A model generated the notes under the pieces. It worked only from the letters and a program-made list of their open reading frames with translations, was not told the origin of the DNA and made no database searches. From positions 1 through 38,694 of IMG/VR virus record IMGVR_UViG_2541047880_000004: 38,694 nucleotides of DNA; one strand, written 5' to 3'. The stretch comes from a virus (Duplodnaviria; Heunggongvirae; Uroviricota; Caudoviricetes). The translations under genes and the position numbers were made by a program. This document shows positions 1 through 10,677 of the stretch, one piece after another. Every line of letters starts with the position of its first letter. Positions within the stretch are counted from its first letter, which is position 1.

Positions 1-1806
1 TTATAGGTTTTCGAGTTTGTTCAATCTTTGCTCTAACCCCTCTATCCTTGAAAATGCAACATCTATAGCCTTTGTAACAAACGGTATAACCTGTTCGTAG
101 GCAATTGTTTTTACATCGCATCCATTGTTTACTAGATGATCTTGATATATACCACAGTCAATTCCAAGTCGATCAAGTAATTCTTTAACTTGCTGTGCAA
201 GATACCCGGCATGTTCTCTTTTCCTTTTTCTACTGCCATCTTTTTCATGTTGATGAATTCTAGTTTCAAAAATCGGATTGCCATTAGAATCATCACCAAT
301 TTTTACATTGTATTCTTCTATATAATCATCACGAAAATCCCACTTATAAAAATATGGGATTATTCCACGGACGAATGATACAGCAAGTTCTCCGTCTATT
401 ATTCGTTTATCTGCTTTATCACGCTCATCAGACCGAGTTTGCACCGTACCATATACATAAACTGTCTGAGAAGAATTTCCTAACTGAATCTCATGATCTC
501 CACCAACTCTGGCACGGTAGCCTAAAGCTACACAATTTAATTTCTCTTTTGCAGGTGTCCCATCAATCAAAAACCTACCAGCTTGATGTCCAAGATATAC
601 TAATTGGGTTCCAGTAGTCTCACTATCTCCTGACGCTGCACCAACAAAAACATTATCACTTCCTGTTGTTAAATTAAAGCCGGAAGCCCTACCAATAAGA
701 ACTGAATCATTCATTTTTGTTGCTTTATATCCTGCTTGCATCCCACAAAAAACAACACCATTTAATCCATTCTGTGACCATGCAGCTTGATACCCTATAG
801 CAACAATATTATTGGGAGATTCCCCATATGAAGACAAACCAAGAGAAGCCTCACGTCCTAGTGCAACGTTTCCAGAACCATCCACATTTCTAAATAAGGC
901 AGAGCGACCTGCAGCAAGATTATTACCGCCAGTTCCCGTCTCAGCACCAGAGAATGCTCCTATATAGGTATTACCACCACCAGTTGAGTTATTTTGCATT
1001 GCTGCTTGACCGACAGCAACGTTATCTCTTCCTGTTGTTGTTTGTGACCCAGCATCCGTACCAACTGAAACATTTCTCTCTCCTGATGTTAATAGTTTGC
1101 CAGCGTTATAACCAACCACTACATTATAACTACCGGTTTTATAGTTGGCATAAGAAGAACTTTGAGCGTAAATAAAAATATTATAACTACCTGTAGTTAA
1201 CAGTGCTCCAGCCTCATGTCCAAGTAGAACATTGCGCTGTCCTGTTGTAAGGCTTGCACCGGCTCGTCTACCAATACCAGTATTTTCCGCACCAACAGCC
1301 TCATCTGACTCGTTACCTATAATTGATGATCCTGCTCCAACTCCGAAAAAAGCATTATTTTTCGCATATTCATTAGAAGAAAATGCATCAATTCCCCATA
1401 CCGTATTACTTGGGTCAGCATAACCAGGAGAATTTTCACCAGAAAAATTGGTTAATTCCTGCCTTAACTGATCTGGAGCATATTTCATTACATTTGGGAA
1501 ATAGTGCTGCTGAGAGCCATACGCATCAAAAATCGCCATTGAGTGATTTTTTATAGTCGCAAACTTACCGAATTGACCATTCAATACAGGTTGTCCAGCT
1601 TGACTTATTTTTATTGGTTGAGAAACCTTAATATATTTTCCATTCTCATTCTCAAAATAAACATCCACTTGATTATCTGGATTAGTCGGATCGGTATCAG
1701 GCTTCCCGATATAAATGCTTCCATTCGATACTGATTTAAATGTTCTTGACATTGTGAACAATTGATTAGGCATGGAAACTATAATGTTAGGTATAATGTC
1801 TGTCAT
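1..1806 (-). CDS. Tailspike/tail fibre protein: P22 gp9-type N-terminal head-binding domain, Gly-rich repeat body, C-terminal intramolecular chaperone-like domain
   Basis: N-terminus MTDIIPNIIVSMPNQLFT...KYAPDQLRQ resembles P22/Sf6 tailspike head-binding domain; body shows repeated G-x-x-A-G-x-x-x-T-T-G-x-x-N units; C-terminal ...RSDERDKADKRIIDG...YFYKWD... resembles S74-type chaperone; stop codon at 1..3. Confidence 0.85.
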   Translation of the reverse strand: MTDIIPNIIVSMPNQLFTMSRTFKSVSNGSIYIGKPDTDPTNPDNQVDVYFENENGKYIKVSQPIKISQAGQPVLNGQFGKFATIKNHSMAIFDAYGSQQHYFPNVMKYAPDQLRQELTNFSGENSPGYADPSNTVWGIDAFSSNEYAKNNAFFGVGAGSSIIGNESDEAVGAENTGIGRRAGASLTTGQRNVLLGHEAGALLTTGSYNIFIYAQSSSYANYKTGSYNVVVGYNAGKLLTSGERNVSVGTDAGSQTTTGRDNVAVGQAAMQNNSTGGGNTYIGAFSGAETGTGGNNLAAGRSALFRNVDGSGNVALGREASLGLSSYGESPNNIVAIGYQAAWSQNGLNGVVFCGMQAGYKATKMNDSVLIGRASGFNLTTGSDNVFVGAASGDSETTGTQLVYLGHQAGRFLIDGTPAKEKLNCVALGYRARVGGDHEIQLGNSSQTVYVYGTVQTRSDERDKADKRIIDGELAVSFVRGIIPYFYKWDFRDDYIEEYNVKIGDDSNGNPIFETRIHQHEKDGSRKRKREHAGYLAQQVKELLDRLGIDCGIYQDHLVNNGCDVKTIAYEQVIPFVTKAIDVAFSRIEGLEQRLNKLENL

Positions 1807-1954
1807 TTAATTTGCTCCAGATAGAAGGAATCGCCGCAGCATTGCCGCAGTGATGCATTTTTAATCAAAAAAAATACGACCACCGTGGTCTTATTGAGGA
1901 TGAAACCAGCAGATAATAAGATGCCGATCCACTCACAAAAGCGAGGCATCAAGA

Positions 1955-2206
1955 ATGGGAAGAGATGACCCGCAATTTAATCTGCGGCTACCTTACGAAT
2001 TAAAGGAAAAACTAAAACAGCGAGCCAAATCCAATGGCCGCTCTCTTAATTCAGAATTAGTTCAGATAGTGACTGATGCTGTATCAAGGCCATCCAAAAT
2101 TTCAGGCTATCGAGACGATGCGGAACGCATCGCTGATGAGCAGTCAGAGCTTGTTAAGAAGATGGTGTTTGATACGCTGAAGGATTTGTACAAAAAACCC
2201 ACCTGA
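1955..2206 (+). CDS. mnt: Mnt repressor (ribbon-helix-helix)
   Basis: 83 aa; MGRDDPQFNLRLPYELKEKLKQRAKSNGRS...DAERIADEQSELVKKMVFDTLKDLYKK closely matches remembered P22 Mnt. Confidence 0.85.
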   Translation: MGRDDPQFNLRLPYELKEKLKQRAKSNGRSLNSELVQIVTDAVSRPSKISGYRDDAERIADEQSELVKKMVFDTLKDLYKKPT

Positions 2207-2221
2207 TGGTGGGTTCCATTT
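2192..2221. terminator. Candidate bidirectional rho-independent terminator between mnt and the minus-strand lipoprotein gene
   Basis: AAAAAA-CCCACC-tgat-GGTGGG-TTCCATTT; A-run on one side and T-rich run on the other; overlaps the mnt stop codon. Confidence 0.5.
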
Positions 2222-2222
2222 A

Positions 2223-2642
2223 CTAGTCTTGCTTTGTGGACGGTATAAGGGATGCATTTGCCTCTTTAGGCTTCAAGGTATACATCCCGCCATTAAATGG
2301 ATCTACAGCAAGCCAACCAATTAACCCACCAAACACAAGGTTTCCACCAATATACCAACCATTAGCATTGGCTTTGATTGGCAGGGTAACTGGTTCGTAC
2401 CCATCCTTCTCCATAGTGATCTGGTAGCTCTTTTTGCCAAAATAACTACCATCTGACTTGGCAAGAGTTACTCCTTGCGGGGTCTTACCTTGCGCAACAA
2501 TCACGCCTGATTCGTCTTTTACCTTAAAGCTCGCGCCGGAAGGATTGCTGTTCACTTGCACAAGCTGTGTTTCGTCACCAACAATAGTTGCGCACCCAGA
2601 TAACAATATAGCGCCAGCAACGACGCCGATAATCCTCTTCAT
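2223..2642 (-). CDS. Lipoprotein of unknown function (moron)
   Basis: 139 aa; N-terminal signal peptide with lipobox LLSGC; no homologue recognised. Confidence 0.7.
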   Translation of the reverse strand: MKRIIGVVAGAILLSGCATIVGDETQLVQVNSNPSGASFKVKDESGVIVAQGKTPQGVTLAKSDGSYFGKKSYQITMEKDGYEPVTLPIKANANGWYIGGNLVFGGLIGWLAVDPFNGGMYTLKPKEANASLIPSTKQD

Positions 2643-2776
2643 ATTACTTTCCGTTTTGTTAGAATCAGAAAGATCTTAATAATAAAAAGTATTTTCGTGA
2701 AGATATTGTCGATTGAGTTAATAACTCATTTACACCCAACAGTGCCATGATGGCAAAGATAAGGAGAGTTAATCAT

Positions 2777-3262
2777 ATGAAAAAATCACTGTTAATTATC
2801 CCGCTTCTGCTGGCAGGGTGTGCAAAGGTTAGCGACTATCAGGCAAATTGCGAACAACGCTATCCAAAGCTTAGCGATATGGCTAATTGCCTTGATGCTA
2901 GCGTGAAGAACGACTCACGCATGGCATCAGCACCAACACCTAAGTTATATGTCCTTGCTGCGAAGATGCTCGGGCAAGGTGTCGATGATGGCAAGATAAG
3001 TGACGCGCAGGCAAGACTTGAGCTTCAGAATCTTTATGTTCAACTACAAAGCCAAGAACAAGCCCAACAAATAGCGCAAAGCCAAGCATTCCAGCAGGCT
3101 TTATTGAATTATCAGGCTGTAAACACAATGCAAGCGATCGAGCAAAAAGCGAGACAGCCTGTTATAACTCAACCCTATCCAACACGAGTTGACACTTACA
3201 CAAACTGCAATTCAGGGTTTGGAAATACAGTCACATGCAACAGTAGCAGTAACATCAGATAA
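2777..3262 (+). CDS. Lipoprotein of unknown function (moron), Gln-rich C-terminal half
   Basis: Start taken at MKKSLLIIPLLLAGC (lipobox LAGC) with AAGGAGAG RBS 8 nt upstream; the ORF track begins 30 nt earlier at 2747. Confidence 0.65.
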   Translation: MKKSLLIIPLLLAGCAKVSDYQANCEQRYPKLSDMANCLDASVKNDSRMASAPTPKLYVLAAKMLGQGVDDGKISDAQARLELQNLYVQLQSQEQAQQIAQSQAFQQALLNYQAVNTMQAIEQKARQPVITQPYPTRVDTYTNCNSGFGNTVTCNSSSNIR

Positions 3263-3352
3263 CAATCAGCAAAGGTATCGCCTATGCAGAGGGATACGAT
3301 AAACCTCGCGTTCTACATATTTGGTTTTTGCACGTTCCTGGTGTTTGAAAAG

Positions 3353-5350
3353 CTATTCTGACAACGCATCAGACTTAGCCCCCTGCGTCATAGCGTTAAT
3401 TGCCTTTTGTGCCTGCTGCATGGCTTTCTCAAACGCTGTTGATCCGCGTGGGGTGTTTGCCATTCGGAGCATTGCATTTCTGAATGGCTCGCTCTCATAG
3501 GCGCGAGTAAGAAGTCCGTAGCTTACTGCTGCGCCAGTTGTCGCCGGGTTCATTGCCGTCCCATACCCAATAATGAACGGGATAGTTTGCTGCCCTGTGG
3601 GTGTTGTTACTGCCGCTTTTGCAGCCTGCTGCGTGGATTGCAGGTAGTTTTTTAATCCTTTCAGATAAGCAGCGTCCTGCCCCTTAAATGTGATGCCAGT
3701 CTGGTTTTGCAGGATGTTAAGCTGCCGAAGGAACTGGTCAGGGGATCCGCCAGATTTCTCCATCGCCTTTCCAATGATGCCATTGCGCATTTGCGCCCTG
3801 CCAACACGACCAACTGAGTTATACAGCGTCTTAATTTCCGATTTGTTCTTGCTGAATAGCATGTTGTTGACGACTTCCGGCGTCAGGTCGCCTTTCATGA
3901 GAACATTCTTCAGCCTGGTATTCTTTAGTTTCGCCGCTTCGTCAGCGTAGACGGCATTGGCCTGCTGATATTTACGGAGAGTATCGTTGCCAAGATTCTG
4001 ACCAATGGCACCATTGATATCGTCAGTCATTGCCTTGTAAACGCGCTGAATGGCAGCATCGGAACGGTTTGGTAACACTGGTCGCTCACCCTTCACGTCC
4101 ATTCTGAACTGGCTGCGCAGGTCGCTTAATTGCTTCAAATCCAGATTTACCGGACCATCAGGTCCAGCATTGCGAACAAGCTCATCACGATATGACTGAA
4201 GTTTTGAAATTGTCTCGTTATCAGCTACCTTACCAAGCTTCTGCAGATTAGATATCTCAGTATCAATCTGCTGAATTGCTCGCGCAGGCTGGATATTGAC
4301 TCCCGCCATTGCATTCTGAACCTGCTCAAGACGATTCCATGCAGCACGACGAATTCCTGATGTTTTCGCTTTAAGGCTGTCAATAACAACCGCTGGATCA
4401 TACTCACCGAATTTATCAGCAAATCTCTGCACCAACTGGCTTCTCGCTTCCTGTTGCGTTGCTCTCATTCCGCTTGTGCCAGCCAGAGGGATATTTTCTG
4501 CTGTAGTCTGCGCCATTTTTCCGACGCGGGAAGTTGGTTGTAACAGGTCTGTGGTGTGCAGAGGAACTCCTTCACGCTCTGCAAATCTGATAGCCTGCTG
4601 CGCTTCTGGCGCGATAGCACCACGAACGCCACGATAAGCAGCACCTAATCCACGTCCGGCAGCGTTAATAGCACCGCCAGCAAGTACACCAACGCCTAAA
4701 TCGGTGGCGAGTGCTTCCGCATCATCTTTCGCACTATTTGCAGCAAGTGATCCAACTGCGTTTTCTGCTAGAAGGCGAGTTGCCCCCTGAGCAATTCGAC
4801 CAGCAAGTGTTGGTGCCTGTACCGCCGCTCTCTCAACGCCAGCAGGAGTGAGATAAGGCAATGCTTCAGCAAATACCCTTCCCTCTGTCGTTTGTGGAGT
4901 CAGCGCACCTTGCTGAAGGCCAAAGTCCTGCTCTAATCCCTGCGTTGTTACTCGTGGTGCTGGTTGATATGTACCATCGCCAATACCGAGTTTACCGCCA
5001 GCCCAAGCCGCCGCGCTTGTTACAGCATCGGCAACTGATGCAGGTATGTTTGCCACGTTCACGCCAGCCTGCACCAGTCCGCGACCAGTCTCTTTTACTG
5101 CTTCACCAAGATCAGACATAAATCCACTTTGCTGTGGTTGTTGCTGTGCTACTGGTTGTTGTGTCTCCACTGGCTGCACAGATGGCAATGGATAGGCAGC
5201 ATAGAAAGCTTGCTTAGCCTGCTCTGCATTTTCTCCGGCTTGCGGGGCCACGACTTCATTGAAGTATTGCTCCTGAGCCTGCGCTTTTTGTTCTGGTGCT
5301 AACGCCTGATACTGTGGAGAGGCGATAACATCTTTCCATGCTTTAGCCAT
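3353..5350 (-). CDS. Ejection (injection) protein, P22 gp16-like
   Basis: 665 aa; position and size in conserved gp4-gp10-gp26-gp14-gp7-gp20-gp16 order. Confidence 0.8.
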   Translation of the reverse strand: MAKAWKDVIASPQYQALAPEQKAQAQEQYFNEVVAPQAGENAEQAKQAFYAAYPLPSVQPVETQQPVAQQQPQQSGFMSDLGEAVKETGRGLVQAGVNVANIPASVADAVTSAAAWAGGKLGIGDGTYQPAPRVTTQGLEQDFGLQQGALTPQTTEGRVFAEALPYLTPAGVERAAVQAPTLAGRIAQGATRLLAENAVGSLAANSAKDDAEALATDLGVGVLAGGAINAAGRGLGAAYRGVRGAIAPEAQQAIRFAEREGVPLHTTDLLQPTSRVGKMAQTTAENIPLAGTSGMRATQQEARSQLVQRFADKFGEYDPAVVIDSLKAKTSGIRRAAWNRLEQVQNAMAGVNIQPARAIQQIDTEISNLQKLGKVADNETISKLQSYRDELVRNAGPDGPVNLDLKQLSDLRSQFRMDVKGERPVLPNRSDAAIQRVYKAMTDDINGAIGQNLGNDTLRKYQQANAVYADEAAKLKNTRLKNVLMKGDLTPEVVNNMLFSKNKSEIKTLYNSVGRVGRAQMRNGIIGKAMEKSGGSPDQFLRQLNILQNQTGITFKGQDAAYLKGLKNYLQSTQQAAKAAVTTPTGQQTIPFIIGYGTAMNPATTGAAVSYGLLTRAYESEPFRNAMLRMANTPRGSTAFEKAMQQAQKAINAMTQGAKSDALSE

Positions 5351-6645
5351 TAATCACCCCATAGTGAAGAAAAGTTACTGCCAGTAGTAGATTGTTGCCC
5401 TGGCATATTCTGTACTGGCTCCTGATAATCAAACTGTTTTTTAACAGTGCTCAACTTGCTTTCAAGCTGATTTCTAATCTTTCCGATAGAGTCACGAAAA
5501 GCCTTTTCACTCATTTTGGGGCTTAGGGCACCAACCGCATCGGATAATTTTTTACCCTCAGCATCTGAAAGAGCGCCCATACCCTTCAGGGACTGCACCA
5601 TAGGAAGGAATGTTTGAGCTTTAAAGGTGTCGAGCCTTGCTTCAAAGTTAGCCGCATCAGAGCCAGGAACTGTCGGAAACGCTGAGCGAATTCCTACTGC
5701 TTTTGAAAGGCCGGGGCTTTGCTCTATCTCGTTGAGAGAATCAAGCGCGGTGCTGAACGTATCAACTGCACCCTGAGCGGCGGCCTGCCTGTCAGCGCGG
5801 GCTATGTCAGCCTTTTGCCGAACATCTGCCTGTTTCTGTTTTAGCTCTTCAAGCTTTAACTGATTGCTTTCTCTGGATATCTGTCTGTCCAGAGCCTTTT
5901 CTTGTAATTCTGCTCTTTGTATTTCGCGGGAAAGAGCAGAATTCTGTGCGCTGATGTTCTGTCCACGTATCTGGATGTCCTGACCACGCGCTGTTAGTGC
6001 TTCTCCAGCCTGATTGCTGCGGATTGTCTCTGCCAGCCTGCCTCGGTCAATTTCACGACCAGCCATCTTGTCCTGAACATTGAAGTAGTCAATCGGGCCA
6101 AGAGCAGCCATTCCAAGGTGATCAACAAACTCACCAAATCCTGAAGGATTCTGCTGATACATCTGAGCAACGCTGTTAGGGTCAACACCGACGCGAGTCA
6201 GTTCCTTGGCGTTGTTTTGCAGCCATGATTGCATTGCTTCTGGAGACGATGACGCAAGGCGTGCGCCAGCCGCTAAGGTGCCGATAGAATTACGCTGGTC
6301 TTCATCAATGAATCCCATGCCTTTACGAACGGATTCAATCTGGTCTGGATATTGAGTAGCCAACTGACGCAAAGCACCGCGATCACCAGACGCATAAGCA
6401 TTAGCGTACGCCTGCTGAAATTCTTTCTGCCGCTGAGTCTGCTTTTCCTGCTGAAACACCCCCGCAATACCTGAAAGGCCTTGCAAAGCAGTCAGCCCAA
6501 CATTGTTAGCGCCTGAACGCTCAATATCATTGTTCTGCCTGATAAGCTGAAGCGTATTGCCGATGTCATTTACGCTCGGAGCGTTTGAGTTGACGCCGCC
6601 GATACCAGCCAACAATCCGCCATTTGATCCTTGCCAAGTAGCCAT
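5350..6645 (-). CDS. Ejection protein, P22 gp20-like
   Basis: 431 aa; coiled-coil-rich; synteny. Confidence 0.8.
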   Translation of the reverse strand: MATWQGSNGGLLAGIGGVNSNAPSVNDIGNTLQLIRQNNDIERSGANNVGLTALQGLSGIAGVFQQEKQTQRQKEFQQAYANAYASGDRGALRQLATQYPDQIESVRKGMGFIDEDQRNSIGTLAAGARLASSSPEAMQSWLQNNAKELTRVGVDPNSVAQMYQQNPSGFGEFVDHLGMAALGPIDYFNVQDKMAGREIDRGRLAETIRSNQAGEALTARGQDIQIRGQNISAQNSALSREIQRAELQEKALDRQISRESNQLKLEELKQKQADVRQKADIARADRQAAAQGAVDTFSTALDSLNEIEQSPGLSKAVGIRSAFPTVPGSDAANFEARLDTFKAQTFLPMVQSLKGMGALSDAEGKKLSDAVGALSPKMSEKAFRDSIGKIRNQLESKLSTVKKQFDYQEPVQNMPGQQSTTGSNFSSLWGD

Positions 6646-6654
6646 GATTACCCC

Positions 6655-7347
6655 TTAAAACAACGAGCCAAGCAATCCGATACCAGCACCAATGCCAGCA
6701 CCCCAAGGTGTTGATGTTCCCAAAAGGCTGGCAAGACCTGCACCGGCAATCGCACCGGACGTTCCGCCGCTAATTGCTGTCTGAAGACTTGATGGTTTGT
6801 TAGCATTAGCAGCGGCAAGAGCTGCGCTTTGCTGTGCAATGCTGCTCATGTTGTTGGCGTACGTCTGCCCGGCGTTTGCCTGACCTTGCAGAGCACCAAG
6901 CCCAACGTTTGCCAGATTGTTGTAATTGCTCATCTGGTTTGATAACCAAGACTGACCGAGAGTCGGCGCGATCGTAGCCAGTTGATTGCTTGTGGCTGTC
7001 GAACCAAGTCCTCCCGTAGCCTCCGCAGCAGCAAGACTCTGGTAACGAGTCTGACCTGCAAGGTCTTTATACTGCTGAGAGTTGTAATACTGATTAAGTG
7101 CCTGCCCCTGACCTTCTAAACTGGAAAGGTTCTGAAGCTGGTTAACATACTGCTCCGCAAGAGGCGTGAACGGAGCAAGGTTTTTCATGATCGTCTGCCA
7201 CTGCTGATTTTGCAGGTCTGCGGCATACTTCTGAGCTTCTGCTGCATACTTTGCGCTTTTATCAGAACTGCCACCTTTGCCGCCTTTTTCAGGGCAATAA
7301 GGTTCCTCGCCGCGCAGCTTTCTGCCCAGCTTAAATGCATATAACAT
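6655..7347 (-). CDS. Ejection protein, P22 gp7-like
   Basis: 230 aa (P22 gp7 is about 229 aa); N-terminus MLYAFKLGRKLRGEEPY...; synteny. Confidence 0.75.
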   Translation of the reverse strand: MLYAFKLGRKLRGEEPYCPEKGGKGGSSDKSAKYAAEAQKYAADLQNQQWQTIMKNLAPFTPLAEQYVNQLQNLSSLEGQGQALNQYYNSQQYKDLAGQTRYQSLAAAEATGGLGSTATSNQLATIAPTLGQSWLSNQMSNYNNLANVGLGALQGQANAGQTYANNMSSIAQQSAALAAANANKPSSLQTAISGGTSGAIAGAGLASLLGTSTPWGAGIGAGIGLLGSLF

Positions 7348-7349
7348 GG

Positions 7350-7808
7350 CTATCTCCTGTGATTCAGGAAGTCGATTAGTTCTTCGCGTGTCGCGCTGTA
7401 AAACGTCACGTCATCCACGCCTTTGAAGTATTTCTTGATGGTTCCTACACGCTTAAGGCCAATCATTGCGCAATACATCTGACCGTGGCGGAATTTGCGC
7501 GCAGCGAACGATGTGACGCACTGAACGGTGGTGTTAGTCAGAATGTATCGCCAGAACGCCAGCCCGATTTCCTTGCTGAAGCCGCGAATCTCTGGCAGGT
7601 ACATGGCGTGGCAATCGAATGTCAGCGGCTGAATCTCCTGATAGTAAACAATGCCGCCGAACTGCCCGTGCACGTTCACCTCAAAGTAACGGCAATCAGG
7701 TTTGTAGTCGTATCCATCACCGTTGTTGCTCCCGGCAATAATGTCAGGGTGATTTCCGACTGCTTCTATCAGGTCGATGTTTCGCGTTGGTTTGAACTGA
7801 ATCATCAC
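7350..7808 (-). CDS. P22 gp14-like protein
   Basis: 152 aa; synteny between gp7 and tail needle. Confidence 0.7.
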   Translation of the reverse strand: MMIQFKPTRNIDLIEAVGNHPDIIAGSNNGDGYDYKPDCRYFEVNVHGQFGGIVYYQEIQPLTFDCHAMYLPEIRGFSKEIGLAFWRYILTNTTVQCVTSFAARKFRHGQMYCAMIGLKRVGTIKKYFKGVDDVTFYSATREELIDFLNHRR

Positions 7809-8758
7809 TGCTCCGCGATTATCTTGATGGTTGTGGCAGTAAACGCCGCCCCATTTGACTGGATGGTTAACGTACTGCCATTTGTGGCAAGAAAGCCGTC
7901 TTTATCCACGCTGAAGAACGTAGCTAACAGGATGTTATCGGTTGTTGTCGCCGAGTTGCGACTGCTTACCAGTGTGTCAGGAACAGATCCGGAAAAGGTT
8001 AGCTGCATTGACCTGTTTGCGGTTCCGCTGGGCCACGTCCCGACAATCGACAGCTTGAAGAACAGGGTTTTGTTCTCGTTGAAAACAACCATCTTGTTGT
8101 TATCAGTATCGAAGAATGGTGCCAACGTCCCGGATGACGGCGTGAGCGTTTTCAGCAGGCTAACAAGGTTGGTCGGCGCTGTTGGAATGGTTACCGATAC
8201 TCCTGAGTAAACAACCTCTGATTTCTTGCGCGTGGTGGCATACTCAAGCGCAGATATTCTTGTTGAGTGATCACCAACTGTGCTTTGTAGCGTCGAAATA
8301 CTTCCCTCTGCCGCTGTGAGCCTGGTATCAAGTGCGTTGATATCGGTTGTATTCTGAGTTATTCGCGCATCATGGTTTGCTAACTCAGATTCATTGGCAG
8401 CAATTCGCGTCTCGTGATCAGCCAGCTCTGTTTCGGCAGCCGTAATCCTTGTTTCATGATCTGCAAGAGTGCTTTCCGCTGCTGCGATTCTATGTTCATG
8501 ATTGACGAGAATTGCTTCAGCAGCAGCAATTCTTGATTCATGGTCTGCAAGGGTGACATCCTGCTCATCATTCTTCACCTGTGCATCATAAGCCCCCTTC
8601 CCTGCTTCGTTGGCCTTGTTAGCCACGTTACCAACATCAGCACCCTGTGCGATAACGTACAGCAGATATGACTGCGAGAAGATATTGCGTGGAAGGACTG
8701 ATGTGTCGAGTCGTGTAGCCTGAATGATTACCGGCTCATTGAGATTCGAATCAGCCAT
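7805..8758 (-). CDS. Tail needle (P22 gp26-like) with extended C-terminal knob
   Basis: N-terminus [39 protein letters not shown] matches P22 gp26; ADHE(T/S)RIAAAE heptad-type repeats; 317 aa versus about 233 in P22. Confidence 0.85.
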   Translation of the reverse strand: MADSNLNEPVIIQATRLDTSVLPRNIFSQSYLLYVIAQGADVGNVANKANEAGKGAYDAQVKNDEQDVTLADHESRIAAAEAILVNHEHRIAAAESTLADHETRITAAETELADHETRIAANESELANHDARITQNTTDINALDTRLTAAEGSISTLQSTVGDHSTRISALEYATTRKKSEVVYSGVSVTIPTAPTNLVSLLKTLTPSSGTLAPFFDTDNNKMVVFNENKTLFFKLSIVGTWPSGTANRSMQLTFSGSVPDTLVSSRNSATTTDNILLATFFSVDKDGFLATNGSTLTIQSNGAAFTATTIKIIAEQ

Positions 8759-10176
8759 TACTCGATCCTTATCTGGCAGCCTGACAGAGTGACAGGTGAC
8801 TTAGTGATAACGCGCAATTTGAAGCCGACATTTTTCCTTATTCGCCCGACGCGCTTCCACAAAACGCGTTTGTCGTAAACGAACGGTTCATTCTGCTCAA
8901 TCATCTGCTCACGCCCGTAATTGATGCCGTCAGTGGTTGCAGAGAGAAAAAGGCGGTCGGCGTACTGCGCAACGCCAGTTGACGATTCAACCTCAAAGTC
9001 AAACACTCTGGCGTTATCCGCTTTGAACAACGGAGTAAACAGCAGGTGTTCCTGCTGCTTGTCGTACTGGCTGCTGATATCGAACTGCAATTTCCCGGTC
9101 ACCGATTCCAGCTTATCGCCGCACGTTATCTGATTTCCTTCGTAAATGAAGTCGATAGCGCGGTACACATCGTCATACAAGCCTGTTTTCAGTACACACC
9201 ATTGCGGACCATTGGCGCTTGAAGATGCGTCGTACACGAGAACATGGTGAGGAAGGTGGATAATCAGCAACTCATGAGCATCAAACCGCAGCGATTCCAT
9301 CACACCATCAGCCAGTTCATCAGCAGTGTAGGAGCGGAGGATTTTCTCAATGCTCGCGCTGGCAATTGGTGACACCTGACCGGAGCCGATGATATACACA
9401 GACGGCGCACCCGTTGCCGGATTGCTGATGAACGCATACGAATCAGCAAACGGCGTTTTGCAGTAAGTCCCGGCGATGCCTTTTTGCACCATCAGTGATG
9501 GCTGTGCGACATACAAAGCAGCACCAACGGTGGTTGCGCCAGTCAGGGAGAAATATTCAATAGTCGATGAACCAAAGCAGACGATGAAGTCTCGCCATGT
9601 CCCGATACCGATGATGCCGTCCGGCTGAGACTCGGCACGATATTGTGCGCTGTAACGGTCAGGATGCGATTCGTCTTCAAGGTCAGTGATAAACCATGAA
9701 TCAGTGCCGTCTTTTGACCACGCATAACGCCCACGTAAGCGCGTAATATCGCGGACTGAGCCTAACTCATACTGCGTGAATCCGCTGTCTGTAGGCCAGT
9801 TTGAGACGGTTTTAACCGTGCCATCATAGCGATACTCGACCAGTTGACCATTAACACCTACCGCCTGTGATGTCCGACCATGCGCCATTGATACACGACC
9901 ACTTCCGGCGACGTCACCGACTTCACTTTCGCCTTTGTACAGCTTGCCACCACACACACGATAAACAGCATTCTGCGCCATGTTGTACTCGACGCCGCGC
10001 GATACGCCGTTCACATCAGAACGTTTGGCAATGCCCGGGAATGAGCGAAGATATCCGCTGCTGTTGAGGATTTCTTTGGGTGTAGCCAGCATATTCACTG
10101 GCAAATAGTCGATATAGTCAGCGTTTCGAAAGTCTTTGCCGACACCTTTCATAAGCGGAAGTTGCTGAATCGGCAT
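8758..10176 (-). CDS. Tail accessory protein, P22 gp10-like
   Basis: 472 aa, same length as P22 gp10; synteny. Confidence 0.8.
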   Translation of the reverse strand: MPIQQLPLMKGVGKDFRNADYIDYLPVNMLATPKEILNSSGYLRSFPGIAKRSDVNGVSRGVEYNMAQNAVYRVCGGKLYKGESEVGDVAGSGRVSMAHGRTSQAVGVNGQLVEYRYDGTVKTVSNWPTDSGFTQYELGSVRDITRLRGRYAWSKDGTDSWFITDLEDESHPDRYSAQYRAESQPDGIIGIGTWRDFIVCFGSSTIEYFSLTGATTVGAALYVAQPSLMVQKGIAGTYCKTPFADSYAFISNPATGAPSVYIIGSGQVSPIASASIEKILRSYTADELADGVMESLRFDAHELLIIHLPHHVLVYDASSSANGPQWCVLKTGLYDDVYRAIDFIYEGNQITCGDKLESVTGKLQFDISSQYDKQQEHLLFTPLFKADNARVFDFEVESSTGVAQYADRLFLSATTDGINYGREQMIEQNEPFVYDKRVLWKRVGRIRKNVGFKLRVITKSPVTLSGCQIRIE

Positions 10177-10677
10177 TTATTCGCTCCCGTTATCACAAGG
10201 TTCCTTTCGGTGGAAGTAATTCCAACCGTTCCACTTCGCCAACTGATTACCGCTACCAACAGGCATACGGTTTGGATAACCGGACTTACATTTAGCGGCT
10301 TTTGCTCTGTCCATTGCAGACAGTTTGACGAGTCGCTCTTTCCCGTATCTGGCAGTGGTTATAAGTTTTGCTGACGATTCCAGCGCATAATCCGGAGCAA
10401 TGCGGCAGGCAAGGTTGAAAATGACGGCATTGATAGCGTTATTTGATAAACCGTGCTCATCGCCCGGATCCGGAGCGACATCTGCATCAGCAAAAATGTA
10501 GCCAACGTTGATACCAGGTGACACATCACCGCCAAGCCATTCAGCCATCATCATTTCAAGGTCGTTGACGCCGTCTTCCATAGACTGCGGTTCGACATCG
10601 GTTAACGTGGCATTTGATGCAACACCGAGCTTACGTAATGCTGCAAGGACTAAATCACCCTTCGTTGTCAGGTTCAT
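10177..10677 (-). CDS. Tail accessory / head completion protein, P22 gp4-like
   Basis: 166 aa, same length as P22 gp4; synteny. Confidence 0.8.
   Translation of the reverse strand: MNLTTKGDLVLAALRKLGVASNATLTDVEPQSMEDGVNDLEMMMAEWLGGDVSPGINVGYIFADADVAPDPGDEHGLSNNAINAVIFNLACRIAPDYALESSAKLITTARYGKERLVKLSAMDRAKAAKCKSGYPNRMPVGSGNQLAKWNGWNYFHRKEPCDNGSE

Noticed and set aside
600-1400. Periodic nucleotide repeats in the tailspike gene as a non-coding tandem repeat
   Set aside because: Periodicity comes from protein-level Gly-rich repeats within one long, intact reading frame
7485-8210. 241-aa plus-strand ORF
   Set aside because: Entirely antisense to gp14 and tail needle genes, which have strong homology and synteny; shadow ORF
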